The notes below the pieces were generated by a model. The model saw only the letters and a list, made by a program, of their open reading frames with translations. It was not told the origin of the DNA and made no database searches. Positions 16,260 through 29,600 of a stretch of DNA of 64,000 nt are shown piece after piece. Made by a program: the position numbers and the translations under genes. Source of the stretch: Raillietiella orientalis (Eukaryota). The stretch spans positions 2,046,001 through 2,110,000 of the forward strand of contig JAYWIR010000012.1 of NCBI GenBank assembly GCA_036172245.1. The letters run 5' to 3'. Each line of letters opens with the position of its first letter. Position 1 is the stretch's first letter.

Positions 16260-18128
16260 CTGAATGGCACTGCAGATAGCTTTTCAGCTCAGGAATCCGG
16301 AGACTGGGATCTCTCCAAGGATTCCGCACACTGGAGCGAGCTCCTCAACTATGCTCAAGGGTTCTTCGAGATCCAGGAAAACAGGAATGCTTCCCTGCAC
16401 ACCTTCGGAAGGCGATGCACGAAGAATGGGCCGACGATCGGGATGAACTGGTTTTCTGGGTACGAAAGGCGAGCGACGCTCAGCTTGGAAACCAAGATGG
16501 AGCTGGCATCACACACGAATACCAGCTCCGTCTCCATGGTGCCTGCCCCGACCGGTGTACCTTACTTCCAGAAGCAGCCTCCACTGATCACCTCGAGGCA
16601 AACCCGTGCACGGTCCCGGAAGAGAGTGGAAAGAAGTCCTTGATGGGCTCTCCACGGCTGCTGAAGCTCTCGACGCGGTCGAAGGCGGGAGCTGAATCTG
16701 AAAGAGGCGGTCCGCCAGCAGGGCTGTTCGCCAAAGAGTTGCCCCCCACGACCATGGGTCAGCACCAAGGACGAGACGCCTGCGTCCTCTCGATCGACGA
16801 AAGGAGGATACCTACACGAGATGAGCAGCAGGAGGGCGACTATCTTGGAGGATGCAAGTACCTGGTTCGGCTGCGCGAAAACTAGTGGCTCCTGGAACGT
16901 CTCAGACTTCTGACCGACCCGCGACCTCTCTGGTTTCGAGTCCCTAGCCGGCGTTTGTTCCGGAGACCGCCTCACTCAGAAGCAGGGATGAAGCGTGAAG
17001 CTGGTCAAGCAGGGGGGTAAGGGAGGGGGTAACCCATCCCTGCTACTCATCGGTATCCTGTTCGAATTGATCCTGAAATCGCACCGGATGAAAGTCCAAG
17101 GGGTAGAAATCTCCAAAGGCAGTCTCTCCATTCAAGGGTTCAGGGGTGATAAGGGGAACCTTGACTCCGTCACCTGACTCTAACTCAACTTCCATCCCAA
17201 CAGTGGCATCTCACAGCCATCACCTGCTCCTCCTGTCACTTGCGCTGATCCCAAGTGGTCCGTTCAGGGGGCAGCTCATGCACATCGTCAAGAAGTGGAT
17301 GATCGCAGTATGAGGAGGAAGTTTGCCTCCGGCGCGAGAGCACTGCCGAGAGAACACACGTGGCAATCCCTCGTTCAAGAGCACCTTAGTCAAGGGAGAG
17401 CCTTGCAGTGCGTGGGCACGCATCACGCCTCAAGCTCCTTCCTCACGAACGGAGACTACCTGAGGTTCCAGGACTACAGATTCATCCACCCAACCCGGCT
17501 AAACGTCCTACCAATCAGGGTCGGGACCAGGGTGGAAGCAGAGGGACGCTCACTTCGGCACTGCCGGACGGAAGAAAAAACTCTGCCTCGCATCTAGAAC
17601 CGATGCAAGAAGCACTTTCGTCTGTCCACTGGGCGACATGACGCGATCCAGGAGATGACCAGGATGGCTGCGGTGGATGAGGCAAAGTGGACTCTAGTGT
17701 CCACCAGCCAGAGAGCTCCAGGAACGGAATCCCTCCTGAGAACAGATCTAGTACTGAGGAAAGGACATCGAACAGTAGTGCCGGACATCTGCTGCCCGTT
17801 CGATGGTGGGAAAGAGGCGTCCAGCACAGCTAGGAGGGACAAGCTGGAAAAATATAAGGGAGTATCCCTCCCGCTAAGCAAGGAAGGGAAGCAATGCAGG
17901 GTACATGCTCTCATCATTGGTTCACTGGGATCCAGATAACGAGGAAGTGCTCCAGGATCTTGAAGTTCCTGAAAAGCACTCGGACAGGATGAGGCACCGG
18001 ATGGTGGTTTCGTGCCTCTGGTACCCCAAGGACACCTACGCAGCCCACGTCACGGGAGGAACAGCACGAGAAACGGAAACTCAGATACAGCCGGAAAATC
18101 CCAGTGATCAGTTCTCGCGGGACGGAGG
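16260..18128 (+). mobile_element. Decayed Utopia/NeSL-like retrotransposon (copy B)
   Basis: RT remnants (TNTSSVSMVPAPTGVPYFQKQPPL; GLFAKE..LSIDERRIP..GDYLG) are followed by the same zinc-knuckle/RLE block as copy A. 17388-18128 appears identical to 1223-1963 (offset 16165). Confidence 0.85.
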
Positions 18129-19074
18129 GGCACCCACCCCTGCCTCCGCGCTGACCACGGCATGATGTCGCACCTGTGCTGAGCAGCAGCCGCGAGTGTC
18201 AGCGGGACAAGAGGGAGAGTCTCCATGGCAATCTGCGGTCGGTAGGGCAGCTGTCGCGAGCGGCGACTTTCAGGATCGGCCTTCCGTTTTAGCCGCTCCC
18301 GGCGGGAAACAGAAGAACCATGCCAGCGACGTCACCGGCCTCCATGGGAAGAACCCAGTCCTGGGCCGACCTCCTCTCCCCCTATTCCTCCTCCTCACAA
18401 AAAAATTCCGTTCCAGAAACCGAAGTGCGTGAATGAAATGTTTTTCCAACAAAATGAATCAGCAAAATAAGAACAGATGACAACAATTGTACCAACCAGC
18501 ACTAGGTGGCCTGGAGAAATTGGTTGTATATTCACTTTTATGGCCATTTTCTTTAAATCATCAAAACCAGATTTGTTAATAATTGATGAATTATATCAGC
18601 AAGAACTGGACGTTTCTGAGGAATCTACCTATGCTACATGGGCCTTGAGCTGTTGCGGGTCTTTTCCAGGTTCCACCCGGCCGTACTCTCATCCGTGCCA
18701 GCTGCCTTTTTCGCTCGGATCTCCTCGGCCGCCTCATCTCTCGCATGTCCACCTCTTTTCCTGAACCCCTGCATTCCATGAAGAGGAGAGGAAGAACCCT
18801 CGTCCTCACAGGGACGGGGAAGGAGTAAAGGCAGCCATGGAGGGCAGCGCGAGAAGCGCGGAGAGGAATCCCCCGAGGGTTCCGAGATGCCTCGCAGGAG
18901 CGGCAGGGAGCGTGGAGAATATCAGAGGTGCTCGCAGATGAACGCGAGCACCGAGCAGGGGTACCTGTCGCAACAGGAACCAGGGGGAGGGGAAAAGGGG
19001 AGGGAACGAGAGTGACTGCGGTCTCCGTCTGTGCTGCGCGGGATGCAGACCGTTGCAGGAGGATCCTCCAGAGA

Positions 19075-19215
19075 TGCAACGGGAGGAGACGTTTGCCGAG
19101 CCAACGGAAGGGTGGCGGATTAAAATGCGACTTCCTCGAGGCCCACCCCCGCCGGCCCCCGTGCTGTCCCAGAGAAGTTGTGTGCTGCCCTGCAGCCGAC
19201 CCCCTGCGAGGAGAG
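19075..19215 (+). repeat. Dispersed ~130-bp repeat, diverged copy also at ~22810-22930
   Basis: caacggaagggtggcggattaaaatgcgac..gaggcccacc..cccccgtgctgtcccagagaagttgtg versus caacggaggggtggattcgggtgcgac..gagggccacc..ccccgcgctgctccagcgaagttgtg. Confidence 0.65.
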
Positions 19216-22200
19216 GCGGGGGTGGGAGGGTTCGCCTGCACCCGCTGTCTGCCTCGCATCCTGGCTCGGAAGCCGAAGAGCCGCGCGCCCTGAGGTGCCG
19301 GGGAAATTCTGCAAGGAGACCGACGTCCAGGTGCCCAAAGGTCACCGTCCGGACCGGAAAAGGGGCCATCGTACTCCCGTCTCGTGAAGACCTGCCGTGA
19401 GCGTCTGGGCTCCCGGATGTTCCTCCGACAGGATGGTGACGGCTGCACCCGAGGGCGGTTGGGATCAAGGAAAAAGGGGGGAAGCCGCTTGCACGAAGAC
19501 CGGAGGAAGAGCCCCCAGGGAAAGAGAGTGAGGCGAGGAGCCGATCCTTTTCCTGAAGGAGATCCTTCCCTCCCCATACGGAGACTCAGGGCGAGGTCCC
19601 CCGGGTCCTCCCAGTGCAAGGTCACGATCTCCCACCCGACAGCCCTTTTAGCCATCTCCGCACCTGCTCTTGGAAAGGGTCACCTCCCCGACCCCTGCCA
19701 TCCAGCAGAGAGCCCGACGGTAAGCGGGGTCCTGAGTTGAGCGGTCCAAGGGCGGTCGTCTACGCGTGTCTGGGACACGGGACCAGAGTAGGACGATACC
19801 TCTGTGGGGAGCACTTCGCTGGCCTCTCCCGCACTGCGAGGACGGGGGAACATTCCCTGTGTTGCCCCCCTTCGTCTGGTCCACCGGACGGAATTCCGCC
19901 AGGCGGATGGACGCATGCAGGGGTCGAAGTTCAGGAGTGGGAGGCAGCAGTGGGGCGGAATGGGGAGAAGAGTAAGGGTTGGGACGAGAAGAGGAGGTTT
20001 TCGTGACGTTCTCTGACTTCCGGAGGAGGTAACCTTTCCGAGTTAATCTCGGGAGTGGACCCGGAGCCATGGAGGCCTGTAGCTGCCCTGCTCCCGACCC
20101 TGCTGACCTTCTCCGCGCTAGGCCGCTATGTTCTTTCGGGTTCTTCTTGTTCTTCGTACATTCCGGGAAGGACACTGAGGCCACTTCCGTCTCCCCACCT
20201 CCCTCTCCCACGGCGGCGGGGGCGAACGGAGGGCCTTGGGACGGTAGTGGTGGAGCCAGCAGCAGCCTCCACGAGGTGCGGCGGAAGGAATTCACGCCTC
20301 CCCACCCGTGGGCGTCTGTGCACTCACGAGAGGGCCAGAATCACCGGCCAGAACCCCGCCACCCTGCCATCCAGCAGACGTTCGTGCGGATGGGGGTGAG
20401 CGCCCTGGCCTTATCCGTGCGAAGGTCGCATCGGCGACGTAAGTCCCGCGAGAATCCCTCAAGAAACGCAGGCCCCCTCTCCGAGGACTAGGCGGGCTGC
20501 CCGCTTGCGAGACCCGGGCGCACGGAGGTACACCCTCGAAGGTTCCGGGGCGAGGCCAAGACGCAGCGGACTCCCTCCCCCGTCTAGGGGTGCGCGCGCG
20601 CGGACGGGGATCGCCCGATCGCCACGCGGCAGCCGTGGCTTGTGGGGCCGCCGGCTGCACGTTCGATCCGGACGGCAGGGAGTTGCCGAGGTCTCCTGCG
20701 GACCTCCGTCACCCCAAGGACTCAGCGGCTCCTCCCTCCCTCGCCTCCCTAGAAAACAGGTGAGGTCAAGTGCGGCATACCGGCCATCTTCCGGAGGCGG
20801 GAGGGAGGAGGCGAAGACGGGTTCCCCCCTCCCCCTTCTCGTGCGCCATCTTCCCCCTCTTTCGAGAAGAGCGAGGAGCGCCGATCTCCTCCAGCGGGCA
20901 AATGCGCTTGCCGCAAGGTGTCACCACCTCTCAGAGGTAGAAGGGAACCGCGCGGAGCTATCAGCAACGGAGGACAAACTTCTCTGCCCTCTTGCCATGA
21001 AGTCCTGCCAAAGGGCAGCAACCACAGATCCGAACCCCCGGAACCTCCATGATTTTCACCTGGTGGGACTTAATTCGCGCTCGGCAGTTCGAAGACGCAC
21101 AGGTCGCCATCTTTCCGGCTTCGTCCCCGCTTCTCGTTCTAATGACGACACTTCAGGCTGCGTACTCAATCGCTCGGCGCGGGCCGTCGCCCCGACGACC
21201 TCGCTGGCAGGCATTCGCGGCGCTGGAGGGCCCCTCCCTGGACCTCTTCGGGGTGCCTTAAGCTCTCGATGACGAAATCAATGATGGGCGTTCGCTACGC
21301 GACGGTCACGAAGGAAGAGCCTCTGCGTTGTGCGGATCGCTTGGGGTTTCCGTGTTCTTCAGATGATCCTCCACCTAAGGAGGGGGGGGGGAGGCAATCG
21401 AGGAGGGCCACCTTCCAAGAGTAGGAGCGGGAAGGACCAGCCGCGTGCTGAGGGAGCACAAGAGGGACGGTGCGAATTCGATCGGCTCTCTGGCGCGAGG
21501 TTTATCAGAAAACCGGGGGCTGTGCGTAGTACCAGGTTCAGCCACGAGATGGAACTAAGAGGAGGGTGAGGAGTGAGGCGGCGACGAACGATCCTCGTGG
21601 AAGAGCCACAAGGAGGACTCCAGCGAGGGGGGGGGGGGGACGCTGGGCGGAAGAAGGGACTGCAGACGAGCGCGAAGAGCGATCCGGCGTGAGGCGGGAC
21701 GCTTCCCGGTGAAGCACCCTTCGGCCGCGCGGGAGAGGGAAGTCGTTGCTACGCGGTTTCTCCCCGCTCACCCGGTCCTTCGATCCCTAAAGCCCTCACG
21801 GATGGCCCGCGGGGAGCTGCGCGCTTCCAAAAATGCCATGGGGGAGGAACCCTCTCCTCCCGTCACTTCTCCCTCACCGTAGGGGTCGTCTCCACCCTCA
21901 AGAGCTTCTGGAGTGGCGGAGGGAGGGAGACGGAGGCGAATTCTCCCGTCAAGCTATCTCCCCATTCGGAGGGAGGTCCGATGTCCGCCCCGAAACGAGC
22001 GCTGGGGCCTCTTCCAGGACCCACTTGACTGCCTTTTATTACGTCATTCAAAGTGAAGATGCACACAGAACGACAAACGGAGATGCGAGAAAACCGGTCC
22101 GGAGGAGGATGAGGGCAAATCTCCGGCGCAGGTCTCCCGTGATTGTCAGCTGCGATACCTCCGGGTCCCGGGGAACCCTGCAGCCACCTCGCCTCGACCA

Positions 22201-23601
22201 CCGTCCGCTCTTCTTTCCCGGATGGTCACCACGAGGGGTCACGCGACGTTCCCGAGAAGCTGAACTTGGTCTTCCTACTTCCAGGAAAGTAGCTGTGACT
22301 GGAACAAGCGGCACGTCCTGAGGGGGCGCGCGCGAGGCAGCTGCGCGCAGTCCTGCGCCGGGGGGCGAACCGGGCGCCGGTTCCCGCGGGAGGGTTCCCC
22401 TCGTTCGCGGGACCCGGAGCCACAAAGAGGAGAGGCGGGGATAGGGGGAGGAAGAGGGGGGGAAGAGGGGATCCCTCCCGCGAACACTGAAGGAGCCGTC
22501 GCTCCGGGCTTGCCCCAAGGGTCGCTGGGTCGAGGGGAGAGGAAGGAAAGGGGTAAGTGCACGCGCTCGCGCATCCTCCCTTGCGCCCGAAACGGCGAGG
22601 AGGCTGAGCAGCCGAGAAACGCGCGCGGCTGCCTCCCATCCCCACCCCCCAAATCTTGCATCCAATCTGAAGAGTTGACAATGGGTTTTTTCATGAAACG
22701 CTTGCGTGCTATGCAGATCAAAAATGGCGACCTTGAGCGAGTCGGCGCCGGGGACAACGCCAATTCTTCCTACTTCTCCCCGACCAGGGTAGGCGCTCGT
22801 AGCACGTTACGTCTTTGAGACAACGGAGGGGTGGATTCGGGTGCGACGCCCGCGAGGGCCACCCTAGTCGGTCCCCGCGCTGCTCCAGCGAAGTTGTGCC
22901 GCCCGCGGCTGACCCTCTCCGAGGGGAGGAGGAACAGGGCAGTGGCAGCACCGCGCTGAGTCTAGGGGCCGCGCGGCGATGGCCGTACGCCTAGTTGCGT
23001 CGGTTCTGCTCCGCGGTCTCGAAGGTCGGGGAGAGCGTGTCATGTGCGCAGAGCGCCCGGACTTCCCCGTCGCCGCCGCAGCCTAGAGGCCCCTTCGGCT
23101 CTTCCCTGCATCCCGCGTCTCCTCCTCGGCGGAGGAACTCCGACGGCACCCGAGGTCATGCGAGCCGAGGCCGTTCCGGCTGAGTCGCCTGGAAGCAGGC
23201 GGCTCGCGGCTGGAGGTCGGAGTGCGGTTTGAGGAGGCGCTCCCGACCGGAAGGGTCGGCATCTCCAGGGGCAACCGTGCGGTGGCGTTTTCCCCTGAGA
23301 GACCATCCCGAGGAAGGTGAGCGGATGAGTCTACGCTCCCCTTCCGGAAGGGCCGGGCCCCCTGCGAGCGAGTCGCCGTGCGGAGGCGCGGGACGAACGA
23401 AAGGGAAAGTTCCCTCCCCCTCTTCCGGGGACGACTCGCTCATCTCTCCTCGCGCTTCTCCCTCGGGGATGCGGAAGGTCACCTCCGAGAGGAGAAAGGG
23501 GGCGCGGGGAGAGAGAAAGGGGGAGGATGCGGCTGCGAGAAGACGCGGATCCCGTGATCCCCGTACGAGCAGTCAAGCGTCTGCAAACCCTTTGGCAGCA
23601 C

Positions 23602-26600
23602 TCAACTGGTGGGTGTGGCGTACTTCACTGCTCCTACCATTCCAGAACCGAGCTGCTGGAGGAAGGATCCTTGGCCCAGGGAGAACATGGCGGACGACCT
23701 CTGATTCTTCAGCAGGCTGCTCCTCCTACTGCTCGGGGACAGCAGACTCGTCGTGGATCCGGGAGCGCTCCGGCCTCCGAAGGGGAAGAACTGCACCGGG
23801 AACGAAGAAAACGCTCGCGTTGGCGTCGAGAAGGGGCGAGAAGGGAAAGGGCGAAGGAGTGTATGGGGGTGAGCACATGCCAGAAGGGGGGTATTAACGC
23901 TCAGAGGGGCCGCGCGCGCGTTCCTTTGGACGGTCGAGAGCTCTGCCTCGGGGGATGGGCGTATCCTCCCTTCCTCCTAGTGAGGGACGACAGGTAGGAC
24001 TTTTTCCGTGGGCAGAGAGGGACGAACTCGTCCGGGAGGGAAGGCAGTGAAGGACTGGAACTCCTCCCTGTCACGCGGGCCGTAACGAGAAAGAAGACGC
24101 GGCTTCCTGGCCGGTACCGGTCGGGCGACGCGCGCAGGTAGCCCAAAGAGGGGAGGAGATGGGGGCTGGGGGGAGAAGAGCTCTCGAGGTGGGTGAGACC
24201 ATCGGCAGCGCGGAGACCCTGTGAGTACGATGCGCCGAGGTCGCGGCGCGCCTCCATGGGACGAAGAGACACGGGAAGCGGACAGGAGGTGCCTGAAAAC
24301 TGGGAGAGGGGATCTCGACCCCCAACACTTAGCTGTGCGCGTCAAGGGACTCCTCGCATCACGGAGGATAAGCAATTTTTTTTTCTTTTCGATTTTCTCG
24401 AGCCGGTGACGGGCGTCTTCCGGTTACCGAGTGGCTGGCGCCCTTTTCCTAAGGCCGTAGGGTAAACTCTCCCGGGAGGGAGGGCAGCAGACCGTATACA
24501 GAGTTCACGACTGGATCCGATTGGGTCACGTAAGAGAGTGCTGACCGAGAGGAAGAAGGAGCAAAAGTGGATCCAAAGAGAACACGGGAGCGCCCCGGAA
24601 GGGCTCTCCGGTCCAGACCGCGAACGCATAACGCCCCTTTAGCGCTGGTAGGGAGCGACTCCTCGGCCCAGTGTGGCGCCACCACTGCCTTCTCCTGGAC
24701 GGCGGCGCGTCCTCTCTGGTCCTCTCAGGTAAACCGCGATCCTCTGCAGGAACCAGGAGCTCCCGGGGATGCACAGGCACTGGCAGGTCAAAGGGCCGAT
24801 CGCCTCATCCTGAGGGATCCTGGGACCCCCTTGAGCCCGGGAAGAGAGAGCCTCCTCCGAACAGCCGTGAAACCCGGGTACTCGGGATCTTTGGTGTCGA
24901 TTTGCAAGGAAGTTGGGATGCCCGGGCCCTAAGCGTCGAGGGAAGGCAGAGGTGCTGTGTGCAAGTCAAGAGGCCCAGCCGGCGCCCCGGAAAACGATGG
25001 CAAGGACGAGGGGGAGGGGGAATAGTGGACATAAACCCGAGCTTTTTCTCCGAGAACGCTGATTGGGGATTAAAGTGTTTCGGCAGTCGTCCGCGCCCAG
25101 CTTTGGGTCCATCGGCGACCGAGGAAAGGCGGCTCGAGCTGCCCCTCTGAGGGCAGGGAGGAGAAACCTTCCCATCTCTAAGGGAAGGGAACCCGGAAGT
25201 GGCAGATGCCACGACCGCTTCACCCTCATTCCATCCAGAGAGGGCAGGCGAGGGATGGGCAGCGAGCAGAGGAGAGAACAGAGACGTGCGCTTCTTCAGG
25301 TCACCCTGAGTGATCTCCGGACGCTCTCCGGTTGCTCTTTTCTCAGAAGCCGCCTTCTCCTCCTCCCTTTTCCCAGGCGTCCCCCCCTCACAGCCGTTAA
25401 ATCGCTTTTCATCTTCCTGACCCCCTCCCCTTCGTCCAGTGGATCTTCCCTGGACGGTCGCGTTCGTACCTCTGACCGTCGCCGGATTCCTGTCGGGGAA
25501 AGGAGCTCGTAGCTCCCCTCAATTGCCCGAAATTCTCTGCATTGCCACGGAAAGGGCGGATCCCTCTTTTCGCCAGTCGCTCGGTGGCGGAGCTCTCCGG
25601 AAACTGCGGGGAGCCGTCCCTGCGCCGCGGGGCAGCTCCCGCACGTTCCTTTCCGGCCGGATAGGCTGCTGGCAGTGCACAGGGAGGTTGCGCTCCCCCC
25701 TTCCCTCTCTGGATGCTCGAGTCAGGCGTTTCCAAGAGCTCGGAAACATCCAGGAGGCCGGAAGCTTTTCCCTCAATTCCTAGGGCTGTTTGGTGAAGTC
25801 GCCCATGCCGGAGGCGGGGAGGCAGGGTCTTCCGCCCGAGTTCGCGTCAGATTGTTCCCGGAACGCACCGCCGTCGCCCTCTGCCCCGGGCCCACCTTCG
25901 CAGACTCCGAGGGTGATCCCTCAGGGTCCGGGAAGCACCTCGCCCTGACCTTGGGAGGTCTTTTGGAGGCCTCCACAAGGATCTTGGACGAGGAGCGCCA
26001 AGAACGGCGCCAGGCGGCTCTTGACGCTCCGCCCACGCATGCTGCCCAATGAGGGAATGATGGAAACCCTTTCTTTTCTGTCTTCTCAGCTCTTTGACAC
26101 GGTTCCACGCCACCAGGTGTGTCTAATCTTTCAAGATCCCAATCCCCGGGAGGGGACCGCCCTATGAATCTAGGAAGGGCCCGGAGTCCGTTCCTCTCAC
26201 GCCTGGAGAGGGATCCTCGGAATGGAGATCCCTTCCACCCTGCTTGTCTCCGAAGAGAAACCATGAAGGGAATCTCATTTCTTATTCTCTCCGGAGGGAC
26301 CCAGGGGGGACCGCTCCATTTCTTCTTCTACAAAGGGAACCCGAAAAGGATCTTCTAGTAGGAATTCCTTCTCCGGAGGGAACACGTAAGGGAACTGCTT
26401 CTGTTTACTCCTCTGAAGAGAGCCCCGAAGGGACGCTTCCGGAATTCAGAAGGGCGCTGTTTCCCCTTAGGGATCGACACGTTTCTCTGCACTCTCTGGA
26501 GAGGTGGCTACACACCGACTCCATCAGGGAGGATTGTCTCCGCAGTTCTGGGAACCGAGGAGACCCTGGGCATGGGGCCGTGTCCCCGGCCTGAACTGCT

Positions 26601-29600
26601 GCTCTCGGAGGAGTCAAGAGGTCGGCCAGCTGAGGAACTGCCTCGAGAGCGTGCTCCGGGGTCGCCTGCTGATAAGGGTGCTGGGTCAGGGCCCGAAGGA
26701 CCGCGAGCCCCTTCGGAGGCGGAGGGCTCCGTTGCTCCGTCAAACCCTTTGCCCAGCCCATCCCCGAGCAACCTCTGGAGGAGGAGGGGGGGACGCGGTG
26801 CCGCCTTGAAGAGGAGCTGTCCGAAGTGATCCTGGGAGCAGGGGGAAGCTCTCTCAGCCGGCCACTTCCGTCTGCGGGAGGCCGAGTGCCTCGCGGAAGA
26901 GAGAAGGTGATGCCCCATGCGGCGGCCCCGAGGCTCGGTAGCAGGGAGTAAAAGAGGAGGAGGAGGTGGAGAGGGGTGGGGGACTCACCGTGGGTGTGAG
27001 ACTGCCCGCGAGACTGCCCCTCTTGACCAGGCCCCTGCTGGACGCTCCGAAGCTGGAGTGCCTCCTCATGGGCAGCCCGGAAGAGCTGTACATCGTGTCG
27101 CCCGGGGAGGACGCCGCCGAGTTGATGATGCGGATCTGCGGCGCCAGTGCATTGTCGGAGAGTCTCCGGCTGCAGAAGGCCGCCTGCACGCGCAGGAAGT
27201 TGCTGCTGTCCGGGGACGAGTGCACTGGCGGGCAGGGGGCCGGAGGTGGAACCGCGAGCACCGGGATCGCACCTACCGGAGTGGCTGCTGAGGTACTTGT
27301 ACACCTCCTCGGCGCTGGACGTCTTCCTGGCTGGGAACGCAGGGATATTCAGGTGCTTCGACATGAGGTGGTCCGAGCCGTGCTGGCACCGGAACACCCC
27401 GCGGTATTCACCCAGCGGCGCCTTGATGTGGTCCAACTTGAGTTGGTTGCGCTGCTGCCTGCGGGGGAGGAGGCTCTCGTTGAGGTCACCCTCGACCCTC
27501 CCCCGAACGCGCTCGCTCCCCGACCGACCCGCGGTAGAGGAAAAGGGGCTGCCCCTTTCCGACACCCGCAACGCTACCGCCTCCCGGGGGGCCCGTGCAC
27601 TCTGGGAGAGGAAGGGGAGCTGCTCCAGGCGCCTCCCTCCCGCCCTCCTGTCTCCTGCTAGTCGCGCCGCGGCACGAGGAGGTCCCGAATCAAGAAGTTG
27701 CTGATGGGAAGCGCCTAGAGACAACCCCGACGGTTCCCTGAAGGAGCGGTCGGGGATGGGGAAGTGGAGAGGAGCTCGGAATGATCCCCCTGGAGTGCTG
27801 TGGGATCTCGGAGAGAAGTGGGGAGTCCAGTTTCCATTGAGCTCTAAGCCGCAGCCCCCCGCGACGTCCTCCCCAAGAGATTCCCCCCCCCCCCGCTGTC
27901 CTGTCCCCGGGATTCAGACTCATCCCTGACTTCTCCTCTCCTCCTAGAGGAGAGATGGTCTTATACTGCCGCCTTCACACCTGAGGCTAGAGGGCGTCTA
28001 GCGGAGATGGGCTAGAGGAGGGAGAAGAACCCTCTGGGGTCGTGCGGAGGAGTCGCCTGCGTGTTCCCTTCCGGACCGGGGGAAGCGGGTGGCGCAGCGA
28101 AAAAAACGGCGGGAGGCCTCTCCTCACCTGTCGATGTGGTCCATCATGTCGCTCAGGATGACCAGCAGGTTGGTGAACTGCTCCAGGTTCAGCAGCGGGT
28201 TGACCGTCTGCGGGATGAGGAGGGGCATGGCCTTTGTGGCCATCAGGTTGACCGTCAGCCCGTACTTCTTGTCGGTCAGCATCAGCCGGTAGATGTCTGG
28301 AAGGGAAGGACAGAAGTCCTCGGCAAGGCACGCTCCAGCTCGCGAAAGAGCCCGCGACTCGCTTCCTTCGTTTCTCGCTTCCTGGTCCGTTGTAAGGGCC
28401 TACCCAGAATCCGCTAAGGAATGTTCTCGAGCGCACAAGGATCTCTAGCAGCCCCGGGTTCACTCCTCACTGCGCGCTGAACCCATAGCAATGACCTCCC
28501 TACCCAGAGCTAGGGCGGGGGGCCCTAGCTCTGGGTACGGAGGTCATTCCCGAGCCCGTATACAGGTCTCTGGAGCCTTTGCGGTCGCGGCCCTCAGGCG
28601 CTTCGAGAGGTGCGCAAGCACAGATCATTCGCCTCTCAGAGGACCAGCCGAGATTCGAACGTGCTGCCTGAAACGGCTGAACTCCCCCTTATTGTTCTCC
28701 CGGAGGCTTCCTAGCGCTTCCCCGGAATTTCCCTGTCGCGAGTCCACGCGGTGCGCTTCCCAGTTTCCGACACCTGGCAAGTGGAGAAGCCGGGATCGGC
28801 GAATCACAAAGAGCCTCCCTCGGCATCCTGCCGTCTAGCTCCCTTTCCCGTTCCCGTTTTGAAGCAACAGGGTGAATCCCAGGGTCCTCCTTTCTCGCCC
28901 CGGGGTCTGATGGGATCCGCAAAGGAGAGCCAGCCCCGTGCACTTCCGATCGCGTCGTCGCTTCTCCCTGTCTTCTCCCAGTTCATGGACCTGGCCCTCT
29001 CTCCCACGTCCTTGGCCGGATCCTTGGCTACCGCGCTTTTCGTGTGCACAGGACTGGGTCTTTCTGGAACGGGACTTCCGAGAGGGAGGCTGACGGCTCC
29101 TCTTGAGAAGCCACCACGAAGGCACGTCGCCATCGCAGGCCTTACGTACTACGACGAGAGCCCTTGGCCCTGCTCGTGTGAACCCACGGAATGCCAAGCA
29201 GCGGCATCCCCTCACCCCCTCCCAGCGGAGCGAAGTTCGGAATCTTCCGGTTTCGATTCCGACCGTTTACTCAGACGTCTCTAGGTGCTCCGTCTCTCTC
29301 CGACGACCCCTCCGGGGGAGGAGGAGGAGGCGGCGGCGACAGGGAAGGCATCGGTCAAGTAGTGGTCGTTCCTCCGACAGTCGCGGCGCGTACCCAGGGG
29401 AAAGGCGGAGGAACTTGCAGGGCGACTCGCGAGGGGCGGAAAGCGCAGGAGAATCTCACCCACGATCCTGGAGATGACCTCCGCGTCCTGCAGCTTGATG
29501 TCCCAGATGATGGGCAGGATGTCATCGATGATGACCGACCTTTCCAGCTTGCCGAGGATGCTCTCCAGTGCGGGGAGCAGGTGGAGTACCACCGAAATGT

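Noticed and set aside
18468..18479. 12-nt match to U2 snRNA (atctgttcttat, minus strand) near Utopia copy B
   Set aside because: Opposite orientation to the element, too short, and no further U2 sequence; compatible with chance.
26405..27724. 439-aa ORF as a single gene
   Set aside because: Only 27277-27458 is in the true frame; the rest is intron or off-frame read-through of the SCYL2-like gene.
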